Shown here one piece after another: positions 24,835 through 36,811 of a DNA stretch of 64,000 nucleotides; the first letter of the stretch is position 1; each line of letters starts with the position of its first letter. Origin of the DNA: Macrostomum lignano. Lineage: Eukaryota. The notes under the pieces are model-generated. The model was not told the DNA's origin, searched no databases, and saw only the letters and a program-made list of their open reading frames with translations. A program made the translations under genes and the position numbers. The DNA is taken from NCBI GenBank assembly GCA_002269645.1, contig NIVC01001918.1, positions 117,152 through 181,151 on the forward strand. The letters run 5' to 3'.

Positions 24835-27800
24835 TCATTGCTGATGATTTCTGATGATTGCTGATGATTGCTGATGATTGCTGATGATTGCTGATGATTG
24901 CTGATGATTGCTGATGATTGCTGATGATCGATGATGATTGCTGATGATTGTTGATGATTGCTGATGATTGCCGATGATTTTTGATGATCGATGATGATTG
25001 CTGATGATTTCTGATGATTGCTGATGATTGCCGATGATTGTTGATGATTGCTGATGATTGCTGATGATTGCTGATGATTGTTGATGATTGCCGATGATTG
25101 TTGATGATTGTTGATGATTGTTGATGATTGTTGATGATTGTTGATGATTGCCGATGATTGTTGATGAGTGCTGATGATTGCTGATGATTGCTGATGATTG
25201 CTGATGATCGATGATGATTGTTGATGAGTGCTGATGATTGCTGATGATTGCTGATGATTGCTGATGATTGCTGATGATCGATGATGATTGCTGATGATTG
25301 TTGATGATTGCTGATGATTGCTGATGATTGCTGATGATTGCTGATGATTGCTGATGATTGTTGATGATTGTTGATGATTGTTGATGATTGCCGATGATTG
25401 TTGATGAGTGCTGATGATTGCTGATGATTGCTGATGATTGCTGATGATTGCTGATGACTGCCGATGATTGTTGATGATTTTTGATGACTGCTGATGATTG
25501 TTGATGATTGTTGATGATTGCCGATGATTGTTGATGATTGTTGATGATTGCTGATGATTGCTGATGATTGCTGATGATTGATGATGATTGCTGATGATTG
25601 CTGATGATTGCTGATGATTGCTGATGATTGCTGATGATTTTTGATGACTGCTGATGATTGTTGATGATTGCTGATGATTGTTGATGATTGTTGATGATTG
25701 TTGATGATTGCCGATGATTGTTGATGACTGCTGATGATTGTTGATGATTGCCGATGATTGTTGATGATTGTTGATGATTGCCGATGATTGTTGATGATTG
25801 TTGATGATTGCTGATGATTGTTGATGATTGCTGATGATTGCTGATGATTTCTGATGATTGATGATGATTGCTGATGATTGCTGATGATCCAAGGGTTGCT
25901 AAAAGGTTGCTGATGATTGCTGATGATTGCTGATGATTGCTGATGATTGATGATGATTGCTGATGATTGCTGATGATCCAAGGGTTGCTAAAAGGTTGCT
26001 GATGATTGCTGATGATTGCTGATGATTGCTGATGATTGCTGATGATTGCTGATGATTGCTGATGATTGTTGATGATTGCTGATGATTGTTGATGATTGTT
26101 GATGATTGTTGATGATTGTTGATGATTGTTGATGATTGCCGATGATTGTTGATGAGTGCTGATGATTGCTGATGATTGCTGATGATTGCTGATGATCGAT
26201 GATGATTGTTGATGAGTGCTGATGATTGCTGATGATTGCTGATGATTGCTGATGATTGCTGATGATCGATGATGATTGCTGATGATTGTTGATGATTGCT
26301 GATGATTGCTGATGATTGCTGATGATTGCTGATGATTGTTGATGATTGTTGATGATTGTTGATGATTGTTGATGATTGCCGATGATTGTTGATGAGTGCT
26401 GATGATTGCTGATGATTGCTGATGATTGCTGATGATTGCTGATGACTGCCGATGATTGTTGATGATTTTTGATGACTGCTGATGATTGTTGATGATTGTT
26501 GATGATTGCCGATGATTGTTGATGATTGTTGATGATTGCTGATGATTGCTGATGATTGCTGATGATTGATGATGATTGCTGATGATTGCTGATGATTGCT
26601 GATGATTGCTGATGATTGCTGATGATTTTTGATGACTGCTGATGATTGTTGATGATTGCTGATGATTGTTGATGATTGTTGATGATTGTTGATGATTGCC
26701 GATGATTGTTGATGACTGCTGATGATTGTTGATGATTGCCGATGATTGTTGATGATTGTTGATGATTGCCGATGATTGTTGATGATTGTTGATGATTGCT
26801 GATGATTGTTGATGATTGCTGATGATTGCTGATGATTTCTGATGATTGATGATGATTGCTGATGATTGCTGATGATCCAAGGGTTGCTAAAAGGTTGCTG
26901 ATGATTGCTGATGATTGCTGATGATTGCTGATGATTGATGATGATTGCTGATGATTGCTGATGATCCAAGGGTTGCTAAAAGGTTGCTGATGATTGCTGA
27001 TGATTGCTGATGATTGCTGATGATTGCTGATGATTGCTGATGATTGCTGATGATTGTTGATGATTGCTGATGATTGCTGATGATTGCTGATGATTGCTGA
27101 TGATTGCTGATGATTGCTGATGATTGCTGATGATTGCTGATGATTGCTGATGATTGCTGATGATTGCTGATGATTGCTGATGATTGTTGATGATTGCTGA
27201 TGATTGCTGATGATTGCTGATGATTGCTGATGATTGATGATGATTGCTGATGATTGCTGATGATCCAAGGGTTGCTAAAAGGTTGCTGATGATTGCTGAT
27301 GATTGCTGATGATTGCTGATGATTGCTGATGATTGCTGATGATTGTTGATTATTGCCGATGATTGTTGATGGTTGCTGATGATCCAAGGGTTGCTGATGA
27401 TCCAAGGGTTGCTGATGATCCAAGGGTTGCTGATGATCCAAGGGTTGCTGATGATCCAAGGGTTGCTGATGATCCAAGGGTTGCTGATGATCCAAGGGTT
27501 GCTGATGATCCAAGGGTTGCTGATGATCCAAGGGTTGCTTATGATCCAAGGGTTGCTGATGATCCAAGGGTTGCTGATGATCCAAGGGTTGCTGATGATC
27601 CAAGGGTTGCTGATGATCCAAGGGTTGCTGATGATCCAAGGGTTGCTGATGATCCAAGGGTTGCTGATGATCCAAGGGTTGCTGATGATCCAAGGGTTGC
27701 TGATGATCCAAGGGTTGCTGATGATCCAAGGGTTGCTGATGATCCAAGGGTTGCTGATGATCCAAGGGTTGCTGATGATCCAAGGGTTGCTGATGATCCA

Positions 27801-28082
27801 AGGGTTGCTGATGATCCAAGGGTTGCTGATGATCCAAGGGTTGCTGATGATCCAAGGGTTGCTGATGATCCAAGGGTTGCTGATGATCCAAGGGTTGCTG
27901 ATGATCCAAGGGTTGCTGATGATCCAAGGGTTGCTGATGATCCAAGGGTTGCTGATGATCCAAGGGTTGCTGATTATCCAAGGGTTGCTGATGATCCAAG
28001 GGTTGCTAAAAGGTTGCTGATGATCCAAGGGTTGCTAAAAGGTTGCTGATGATCCAAGGGTTGCTAAAAGGTTGCTGATGAT
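24835..28082. repeat. Expanded satellite: 10-bp ATGATTGCTG units with roughly 1-kb higher-order repeats, then an 18-bp GCTGATGATCCAAGGGTT array
   Basis: Directly visible; ORF track entries with the same N-terminus are offset by 988 nt. Confidence 0.95.
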
Positions 28083-29088
28083 CCCAGCTGTAAAGGCTCA
28101 ATTAATAGCGAATGGAAAAAGCTCAGGCTTCCACTTAGCCTTGCGTCCTATTATATATTGTGATCGATCGATATGCAATACGATGTACATATTGCTAGAA
28201 GGGCCGAAGCTCAAGCCGATCGGCTGCAGAAGAGAGAAGAACTGAATGGGGTGGGGGTTGGAAGGGTTAAGTTGGCTGGCGGGAGAGAGAGTACATTGAA
28301 CAGCGGGGCTGACAAGAGCGCGCAGCGCACGGGGACGGCTCACACCAGCCTTTGGTCTTTACTATTGATAAACCTTGAATAAGATGATCCTAAGCACCCA
28401 ACAATAAAGTCATTCAGTAACAACGACAACAGCGAAATACGCTGACGGATCAAACCTAGACAGTCCTAACAGCATCACAGGGCCCGTCTCAGGGCTTCGG
28501 TGGTAGCAGAACCCGCCGCAATGCATACGGAATGCGGGGCGCCGGCGTTCGCTAGCAGGCCAGTCGACGAAAGTATGCGTTTGTCCGCGCCGGTAGGATG
28601 CCTGCTGCGTCAGTATTCTTCAGCTGGCGTTTTGCTCTGAATATTCTGACGTTTGAAGTTATTGCATATTTTAAATGCTCTTTCTTGCGCGCATGCTGTA
28701 TCGACAACGTTAAAAAATATTGATACCTTCTGATACGCTGGTACATCCCATATACGGACCGACAGTTCCTCAAGTCCCGACAGTGATAAAACTACTGGTT
28801 CCAACGGGCTTGGTTAGGTAAACTGCCAGCCCCTATCTGTGAGAGCTTAAAAAGTGCTCATACGTGGAAATTTTCAAGCTAAAAGCTATTGACAGGCAGT
28901 TGGACAGTATGAAATTTCCCATGCAGTGCACTTTTGCTTCTGTTGACTGCTGCAAAGATATCACAAAATGCAGCGGCACAAGCGCACCATAAATGAGAGC
29001 CCAGCGACCGAGCCCGAGACCCAATCAGCAACTCAACCCAGCAGCCAGTTTCAAGAAGCCAGCAACCAAAGCACCCAGCTCAGCAGCC

Positions 29089-29376
29089 ATGTACAACGTC
29101 GTCTGCCTGTTCGCTCTCGTGGCCTTCGCCGCCGCCGCCTACACTCCGGAGCAGAAGAACGAGGTCGTGAACGACATCATTCACGAGGTCGTTCCCGTGA
29201 TCAGCATCGACACCAACTGCTTGAAGCAGAACGGCATCAGCTCCGTGAACTGCCTGATCTCCAACCTGGCCTCCTGCTACTTCGCCCACGGCACCAACAT
29301 CAGCCAGCTGGCCGGCTGCCTGGCCAACAAGTGCGGCGGCAGCGCCATCCAGATCATCAGCTGCATCAAGCTGTAA
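29089..29376 (+). CDS. Gene X copy B: 95-aa secreted six-cysteine orphan protein
   Basis: Intact paralog of 19987-20274 differing at K3N, L4V, L46K, D51S, V60L. Confidence 0.85.
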   Translation: MYNVVCLFALVAFAAAAYTPEQKNEVVNDIIHEVVPVISIDTNCLKQNGISSVNCLISNLASCYFAHGTNISQLAGCLANKCGGSAIQIISCIKL

Positions 29377-30160
29377 CTGCTCTGTATGTCAGAGTAATTC
29401 GAGAAAAATATTTTATGTGAAGGCGTGTTAAATAAATGACAGCAGATTAAAAGCTACCAAAATCGCTTTGGCAAAACATGCGCTCGAATTTTAATTGCTT
29501 CATTTACTTTGTGTTTACTGAGTGGAAGAGCCAGCCAGTTGACGATAAAATAATTGAGGTGTAGTGTCAACCTACTGTACTTCCTGTAATCAGGACGACT
29601 CGTGTAGACTCAAGTACTTGTGTCGTTCTTGAATGCACATTAGTCTCTCACTTAACGCGTTGTGGACGCACTTTTATCGTATATAATCGCTCATGAATTT
29701 CTGCTTCCAGTCATTCTACTGTTAGTAGCACGATTTGAAGTCTTCTTCAATTTATTTCATCCTTTGTCATGATTTTAGCGAAGCCTCAGTCCCCAGTTCG
29801 CTGTGACTTGTCCCTCCCGTCTCTGTATTATTGCGAGCAAATCATAAAATTTGGCGTGGATTTCAACAAACTGGTTCAGACGTGTTCCGGTATAACAAGT
29901 CGCGAGCCAGTTTGGCGACTATTAAAATCTTGTTGATTGGACTCGACCGCAGGGACATCAGGGGTCATGGCACTTCATCTGGGAACGCCCCGCCTTTACC
30001 CAGGACAGGCTCACCAACCTCGGCCCAAACCCGGACCTCTCCGACGTTTTCGGGCCCGAGAATATTTGCTAGTTCGTCCACTACCTAAGGGTTACCGGGC
30101 GAGCGACTATCCACCTTCTGGACTCTCCGTCAGCGGCTGGTCAGCGGCCCAGAGCTCCAC

Positions 30161-33100
30161 GTGAAGGCGCTGAGCAAGAAGCCGAAGCCAGCTGCTCGCC
30201 ATGAGAAGACCGCAGCAGCAGGTCCAAAGTGCACTCGATGCGGAGGCAACCACGGACACAAGGGCGAATGCAAGGCGATGGGCCAGAAATGCAGACGATG
30301 CGGCAAGACGAACCATTTCGCGAAAATGTGCCGCATGAAAGCGGTCTCTGCGATCGACACCAAAGAGCCTGCAGAGTCCAGCCTGACGGTCCTGGCCGTG
30401 AACAACAAGAGCACAGACAGCTTATTCTGCGAATGCCGTCTGGACGGACAGCTGATTCGACTGCAAATCGACTGTGGTGCTGCCGTTTCGTTGCTCAACA
30501 TGGAGACGTTCAAGAAGTCCTTCGCTAGGCACCCGCTGCTTCCGACGAGCACAAAACTGAAGGCATACGGCGGATCTGCGATCAAGACCATCGGCAAAGT
30601 CGAGCTTCCAGTGACGTTCAACGGCATCAGGACAGAAGCCACATTCTACGTCGCCGACAAAGGAGCGAACATCCTGGGCCGCGACCTGTTTCAGGCCCTC
30701 GGATTCAAAATCTTCCAAGGTGACAACAGAGTGATGAGCATCAGCGAGACTACGATCGAGCGCGACTTCCCCGGAATCTTCGACGGTCTGGGCCGGTCCA
30801 AGAGCTTCATTCACCGGACAAAGATCGACGCCTCGGTCAAGCCAGTGTCTCAGCCAATGCGGAAGCTGCCGATCGGCCTGAAGGACGAAGTGACGTCAGA
30901 GATCAGCCGGATGGAGCAACAGGGCATCATTGAGAAGGTCGACGCGTCCGAGTCGGTTAGCAACGTTGTCGTGACGCGCAAGAAGGAGTCCAACAAGGTT
31001 CGTCTCTGCGTGGATCTGCGGCAGGTCAACAAGGCGGTGATCGCGGACCGCTATCCGGTACCGTCAATCGAGGACCTATCGGCCAGCATCAACGGCTCGA
31101 AGTGCTTCAGCAAGCTGGACCTGCGTCAAGGCTACCAGCAGATTCCGCTGCATCCAGACTCTCGAGGACTGACGTGCTTCATCACCGATGCCGGCCTGTA
31201 CCAGTTCACCGTGGTGCCATTCGGGCTATCTAGCTCCGGAGCTGCCTTCCAGCGAGCCCTGCAGACGGTGCTTCGAGGAGCTCCTGGCGCCATCAACATC
31301 GTGCACGACATCCTGGTGCACGGCAAGGACGAGACTGAGCACGACAAGAACCTCCGAGAAGTCCTAGGGCGGATTCATCGCGAAGGCTTCACACTCAATC
31401 GAGAGAAGTGCAAATTCCGGCAGGCGAGCGTGGATTTCTTCGGATTGGTCATCTCTGCAGACGGCATCAAACCGACCAAGTCCAACGTCGACGCAATTCT
31501 AAGAATTCCTGAGCCATCAACGGTCGCGCAAATTCAATCGTTTCTCGGGGCAGTGAACTTTTTGCACAAGTTCATACTGCATTACTCAGCAATTGCCGAG
31601 CCTCTGAGACAACTGCTCAAAAAGGACGCGGACTGGCACTGGGGTGAGCGGGAACGTACAGCCTTCCGTACACTCAAGTCAGCCGTAACCAGCAGCCCAG
31701 TGTTAGCTCATTTTGACTGCCAAGCTGAGACGTACGTCACCTGCGATGCAAGTCTAGACGGACTGGGGGCAGTGCTCAGCCAAGTACAAAACGAAAAAGA
31801 GGTGCCAATCGCGTTCGCATCGAGAGCACTCAGCCCAGCGGAAAAGCGATACTCAGCCGGAGAGCGAGAAGCCCTGGCCTGTGTATGGAGCATCGAACGC
31901 TGGCACTACTATCTATACGGCAGACGAGTAACGCTGCGCACCGACCACAAGGCCCTGACAACTCTGCTCGACTCGAAAGGCATGGGGCACAGGCCTCTTC
32001 GCATTCATCGATGGGTCGAGAGACTCATCGATGGGTTTGAGCACATCCCTGGCGCTGACAACAAGTGCGCGGACATGCTGTCCAGATGGGCCACGACGGG
32101 GCGCGTTCCAGCCGAGGAGACCGACGAGGAGGGCTACGTCTACGCAGTCGTCGACTCAAAGACAACGCTGACGGCAGACGCACTGGCAACGGCGACCAAG
32201 GAGGACGAAGTGCTGCAGGCGGTTTTGCGGTACATCTCGGGCGGCTGGCCAACGAAGGTGGACAGCTCTCTAAAGCCGTACTTCAACGTCCGAGACGAGC
32301 TGTTCTGCTGGAACAACGGTCAGTGCCTCGGTCGTGGTGAACGCGCGATCATTCCGACGAGCCTGCGACTTCAAGTCATCGAGGAGGCCCACGAAGGGCA
32401 TCCGGGCGTCGTTCGGTCAAAGCAGCGGTGCCGCGACACGGTCTGGTTTCCTGGAATTGACCGGCAGGTGGAGGACTACGTCAAGAACTGCACGGTCTGC
32501 ACTCTGGCGGAGAAGTCCGGCAAGCCTCAACAGACGATCGTGACACCAATCGAGTGGCCAGATGGACCGTGGGACAAGGTCGAGATCGACATCTTCGGCG
32601 AGGTCGCCGCGGCTCCTCGACACCAGCGGTTTCTACTGGTGATCCACGACCTGTACAGCAAGTGGCCGGAGATTGCAGCCATGGAAACCGTCACCTCTGC
32701 CAACATCATCAAGACGCTTCGGAAGCTATTCGGCCGGTGGGGAGTCCCGAAGATGCTGATCAGCGACAACGGACCCCAGTTCGTCAGCGACGAGTTCGAA
32801 GAGTTCCTGCGAGCCGAGGGCATCAAGCACAGCCGAGTGAGCCGGTACTACCCGCAAGGCAACGGCGGAGTCGAGCGATTCAACCGGAGTCTGAAGGAGG
32901 GCCTGGCAGCGAACCTGAGGGCGGGAGCGAAGTTCGAGGACGCCATCGACCTGGTGCTCAAGACCTACAGGACCAGCCAGCACGCTCTCACCGGGCTGAC
33001 TCCAGCCGAGCTGATGATCGGGCGCAAGCTGCGGTCCGGACTGCAGCTGCTCAGGCCAACTCCAGTGCAACAGCGGGACGACAGCGACCTGCGAGACAGT

Positions 33101-33373
33101 ATCGCACAGAGGCAAGCCAAGAATGCCGACTACACCAACAAGCGAAGGCGAGCTCGTGACTCTATGCTCCAGGCCGGAGACTGGGTCTGGCGACAGACGC
33201 CGCACCGAGCGCACAAGCTGGCGACCCGACTGAAGGAACCGCTAAAGATCGCCTCCCCAGCAGGGCGCAACACCTTCGTGCTGTCCGACGGTACAAAGTG
33301 GCAAGCGAGTCGGCTGGTTAAGTGCAACAGCCCACCGGCTGACAACGGCGCGGCCGACCAAGAGGACGACTAG
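30161..33373 (+). CDS. Gypsy gag(C-terminus)-pol: zinc knuckle, protease, RT, RNase H, integrase; probably defective
   Basis: CxxC/CCHC knuckle, IDCGA protease motif, KLDLRQGYQQI, PFGL, VHDIL in place of VDDIL, CDAS/EREALA/TDHKAL, HEGH...CTVC, SDNGPQF, NGGVERFN; domain order PR-RT-RH-IN. Confidence 0.93.
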   Translation: MKALSKKPKPAARHEKTAAAGPKCTRCGGNHGHKGECKAMGQKCRRCGKTNHFAKMCRMKAVSAIDTKEPAESSLTVLAVNNKSTDSLFCECRLDGQLIRLQIDCGAAVSLLNMETFKKSFARHPLLPTSTKLKAYGGSAIKTIGKVELPVTFNGIRTEATFYVADKGANILGRDLFQALGFKIFQGDNRVMSISETTIERDFPGIFDGLGRSKSFIHRTKIDASVKPVSQPMRKLPIGLKDEVTSEISRMEQQGIIEKVDASESVSNVVVTRKKESNKVRLCVDLRQVNKAVIADRYPVPSIEDLSASINGSKCFSKLDLRQGYQQIPLHPDSRGLTCFITDAGLYQFTVVPFGLSSSGAAFQRALQTVLRGAPGAINIVHDILVHGKDETEHDKNLREVLGRIHREGFTLNREKCKFRQASVDFFGLVISADGIKPTKSNVDAILRIPEPSTVAQIQSFLGAVNFLHKFILHYSAIAEPLRQLLKKDADWHWGERERTAFRTLKSAVTSSPVLAHFDCQAETYVTCDASLDGLGAVLSQVQNEKEVPIAFASRALSPAEKRYSAGEREALACVWSIERWHYYLYGRRVTLRTDHKALTTLLDSKGMGHRPLRIHRWVERLIDGFEHIPGADNKCADMLSRWATTGRVPAEETDEEGYVYAVVDSKTTLTADALATATKEDEVLQAVLRYISGGWPTKVDSSLKPYFNVRDELFCWNNGQCLGRGERAIIPTSLRLQVIEEAHEGHPGVVRSKQRCRDTVWFPGIDRQVEDYVKNCTVCTLAEKSGKPQQTIVTPIEWPDGPWDKVEIDIFGEVAAAPRHQRFLLVIHDLYSKWPEIAAMETVTSANIIKTLRKLFGRWGVPKMLISDNGPQFVSDEFEEFLRAEGIKHSRVSRYYPQGNGGVERFNRSLKEGLAANLRAGAKFEDAIDLVLKTYRTSQHALTGLTPAELMIGRKLRSGLQLLRPTPVQQRDDSDLRDSIAQRQAKNADYTNKRRRARDSMLQAGDWVWRQTPHRAHKLATRLKEPLKIASPAGRNTFVLSDGTKWQASRLVKCNSPPADNGAADQEDD

Positions 33374-33500
33374 TTCGATTTGCCGCTGCCGCCGGCTCCG
33401 CCCCCACGGACGGGCGAGCCGCCACCTCCACCTGAACTTCGAAGGTCAACTCGAGCTCGACGGCAACCGGCGCGTTATCCTCTTCCGGAAGGGGGGAGAA

Positions 33501-34373
33501 TGTTGTGATTGACAATGCTTGCGCAATGAACTGACCACTGACAATTAACTATTGACCTTATTGAATGCGTGGGCGTATATTGTACTCAGACTAGAATGAG
33601 TAGGTGATTGCGTATCGATTTGGCAATGCAACGTGCAAGTAGGAGTTTCACCTCTATAAATATACACTCAGCAACATTTAAAACGCAACACTATAACTAG
33701 AAGAAAAATCAACTCACTCAGAAGAGTCAAAGCGCATAGTCTATGGTTCAAATCGAGCTTCAGAAACGCGTGTAGCTTCCTCTCGCAAGTAACAGGGCGA
33801 TGACTATGGACTGTTTTCAGATAGAGTGATCCAGCTGAGAGAATGGTTCAACAGATAACAGACGCGGAAAGATGGCGAGCAGTCGGAATGTTGGAAGCAG
33901 GTTGTACTCTTCGAACAGTTGCGAACCACTTCGGGAGGTCGCCTTCAACAGTTTTACGTCTGCTACAGAAGAGCAGAGCCACTGGAAGCGTGGCTCACGC
34001 GAGAAAAGGTACGGTGCTTCACCAACTTCGCAGTACAACAGCTGTTGTTCGAAGAGTACAACCTGCTTCCAACATTCCGACTGCTCGCCATCTTTCCGCG
34101 TCTGTCATCTGTTGAACCATTCTCTCAGCTGGATCACTTTATCTGAAAACAGTCCATAGTCATCGCCCTGTTACTTGCGAGAGGAAGCTACACGCGTTTC
34201 TGAAGCTCGATTTGAACCATAGACTATGCGCTTTGACTCTTCTGAGTGAGTTGATTTTTCTTCTAGTTAGAGTGTTGCGTTTTAAATGTTGCTGAGTGTA
34301 TTGTGAGCGAGATTTGTGTCTCGCCGAGAAAGCTTCAATCAAAGAAACTCTCTGTGTTAATTAGAACACAACA
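33501..34373 (+). repeat. 3' LTR (about 237 bp once the 634-bp Tc1 insert and one TA are removed)
   Basis: Follows the PPT; 7-bp terminal inverted repeat; TATAAATA at about 33655-33662. Confidence 0.85.
33665..34298. mobile_element. Tc1/mariner-derived foldback element: 253-bp inverted arms, 128-bp spacer, TA on both sides
   Basis: Arms 33665-33917 and 34046-34298 differ at 3 positions that I could find; 33843 onward encodes MVQQITDAERWRAVGMLEAGCTLRTVANHFGRSPSTVLRLLQKSRATGSV, a Tc1-type N-terminal HTH. Confidence 0.92.
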
Positions 34374-34483
34374 CTCCGGAAGGGGGTCGCGCCGCCCCAA
34401 ATTACTGTAGAATCGAACAGGGTCACGGCGCTAGAGTCTGACGCTCTACTGTGTACCCACGTGCAGTATGCTAAATAAATCTA

Positions 34484-36610
34484 ATTGTTTTTGTCATGCT
34501 ATGTGGAACTGGGGACATCAAAACGGAACGGCCAATAGGGTTCTATGGCCCAGCACTTGAATCAACTCGAGACAGCAAGCCATAGACAACTTAATTTGTC
34601 ATGCCATATGGAACGATGAGCCAAAATAGAAGGAACGGTGAGCCAAAATAGAAGGAACGGTGAGCCAAAATAGAAGGAACGGTGAGCCAAAATAGAAGGA
34701 ACGGTGAGCCAAAATAGAAGGAACGGTGAGCCAAAATAGAAGGAACGATTTGAGCTTTTCACAGAGACAAGACGCTTTTATTTTCTAACGATTCGTCGAG
34801 CTAAGTTACCGCAAATTTCTGTACGCGATCGACAGCGTATCATAGCCGCCTTTCATCGTGGACTGTCGATGACGGATGTTTCAGTTTTGTTAGGAGTACC
34901 CGAAAACTTCTGTTCACCGCATTCGGTCAACATTCGAACAAGCCGGCAGATTGGAAGCTTTGCCTCGTGGAGGACGCAAGGAAGAAAGCTGCAAAATGGA
35001 CGCAGAGATGCAATTTTTTTGCAACAAGAGGTGCAGCTAAATCCCTTTCTAACGCTAAATTCAATGGCTGAGAAGCTGGTTGGAAGCTTTCCTGTCAGGA
35101 AAGCCGCACGTGAGCCTTAAAACAATTGATCGAGCAATGGATGGTTTGCTCTTTACGATCAAACTTCCTACCAAGGGGACGGATGTGCGCCAAAACACCA
35201 ACCGAGTCGAAAGCCTCGACGCCAGAAGCGAATACGCTAACGAAGTGTTGACCTTTTTATATTTGATGGTTTCAATTTGTGACTTAAGATGTGCTTCATT
35301 AATGTCTGTTTTTATTGTTTCTGTAAATAAAACTCAAACCGTTTCTTCTATTCCGGCTCATCGTTCCGATTTGCATGACAAATCGAGTTGTCTATGGCTT
35401 GCTTTCCCCGAGTTAATTCAAACACTTGGCTATAGAATTCTATGGGCCGTTCCGTTTTGCATGCCCGCTGTTACACATAGCACGACAAAAGCCAGTATTG
35501 GGCAAGTTACTCTGAAAAAGTAACTTCCGGTTAAGTCACTTCCGGTTCCAAGGAAAGTAACTTCCGGCACTTGTTCCGGTACCGGTACTTTTAAAGAAAA
35601 GTAACTTCCGGTACTTCCGTTACCGGTCTTTTCTAATTTTAAAGAACTGCCAATTAAAAAGTACTTAAACATGTCTTCGTGAAAAAACAAAAACATGTGT
35701 TGGTCTGGAGTTCAACATGATGTTATTTCTCAAATAAAGATGCTAGCTCGTACATAATGTTTTTTGTTATTAATATTTGAGTGAATAAATAACACCTTTG
35801 CAAAACAAAAATTAACTGTACACCAGGACGATTTGCATAAAAAAATTGGAGGCTGATTTTCAAATATTGATGCTGACTCTTGAGAAAAATGTATGGAGAT
35901 AATTTTTGTCCAATATATGCGTCACAATGATCAGTGTAGAATACTTCAGGTGACTCAGTTTGTGTGGGCCATTCTCTTGTCGCCCTACTTATATATAGTA
36001 TTGTGCTTGTATAGTATTGTACTTTTACAGTACTGTAATTATACTTTTGTACTGCTGACTCATTTAGAATCAATAATAATATTCTGGGAGTCTTAGAAAT
36101 GCCAGTTAACAGTTAACAAAAAGATACCGGACAACAAATTATGGCTGGAATTTGATAGATGGACCAATGCGCAAGACTTTAAAATAAATTGATGATAGTG
36201 TCTGCGCTGCAATTAGAAAATGAAAATTAGCCTCAAAAGAGTTAAAACTCAAAACCTTCTTAGAATGCATCACTCGTGTCGTCCTGCACGAACATCGAAA
36301 TGAAGAAATCGGCCTTCAAAAGATGTTCCACGAATCACGAGTGTAGCGTCCTGGACCCTGGTGTACTGCTAGTTATGCTTGTTAGAAAGCTTGCGAAGGA
36401 GTTGTTATTTAGTGCTAAATTGACTGTTTGGCACCTAAAATTTCATGTTTAAGTACCGGATGACCGGACTTATCAAAAAGTAACTTCCGTTACCGAAGTC
36501 CGGCATTCTAAAAAAAAGAACCGGAAAAAAGTGCCGCTTTAAAAAAAAGTAACTTCCGGTACTAAAAGTGCCGGAAGTGCCGGAACTTTGCCCAACACTG
36601 CAAAAGCAAT
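34484..36610 (+). mobile_element. Decayed IS630/Tc1-superfamily element with imperfect TIRs of about 135 bp, an internal 22-bp tandem repeat (34618-34748) and a frameshifted transposase N-terminus (about 34790-35250)
   Basis: 34488-34622 is the reverse complement of 35358-35492; EVQLNPFLTLNSMAEKL...VSLKTIDRAMDGLLFTIK...NRVESLDARSEYAN resembles the IS630/Tc1 winged-HTH linker; exact ends uncertain. Confidence 0.65.
35493..36600. mobile_element. Non-autonomous hAT-like element, copy 1, inserted in the right TIR of the preceding element
   Basis: TIR CAGT(A/G)TTGGGCAA; many subterminal AAAGTAACTTCCGG motifs; CAAAAGC duplicated on both sides (7 bp); second copy at 45918. Confidence 0.85.
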
Positions 36611-36811
36611 ATTTTAGCAGTCCTAAGCCTGCCGAAACGAGGGTGAAAGCAACGATGTCTGCCCGCCAGCAAAAGTTGTCTATGGCCCCAAGTGGGCACA
36701 AAGAAACTATGTGTATATTTTGAGCTAATATTAGCATTAACATGAGATAAACATTAGATAAATAGTCCATTGACAAGTCTTTCGATTTCTCACGCGGTAT
36801 ACCTTCTGACC

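Larger units (their letters stand above)
30130..34373 (+). mobile_element. 5'-truncated Ty3/gypsy LTR retrotransposon with its 3' LTR
   Basis: Absent from copy A; flanked by CTCCG at 30125-29 and 34374-78; PPT GGAAGGGGGGAGAA at 33487-33500; LTR begins TGTTGTG (33501) and ends CACAACA (34373). Confidence 0.93.

Noticed and set aside
24821-28049. Very long NHQQSSAII, DHQQPL, ADDPRV and LMIQGL ORFs
   Set aside because: Satellite translations in overlapping frames; array size differs drastically between the duplicate copies
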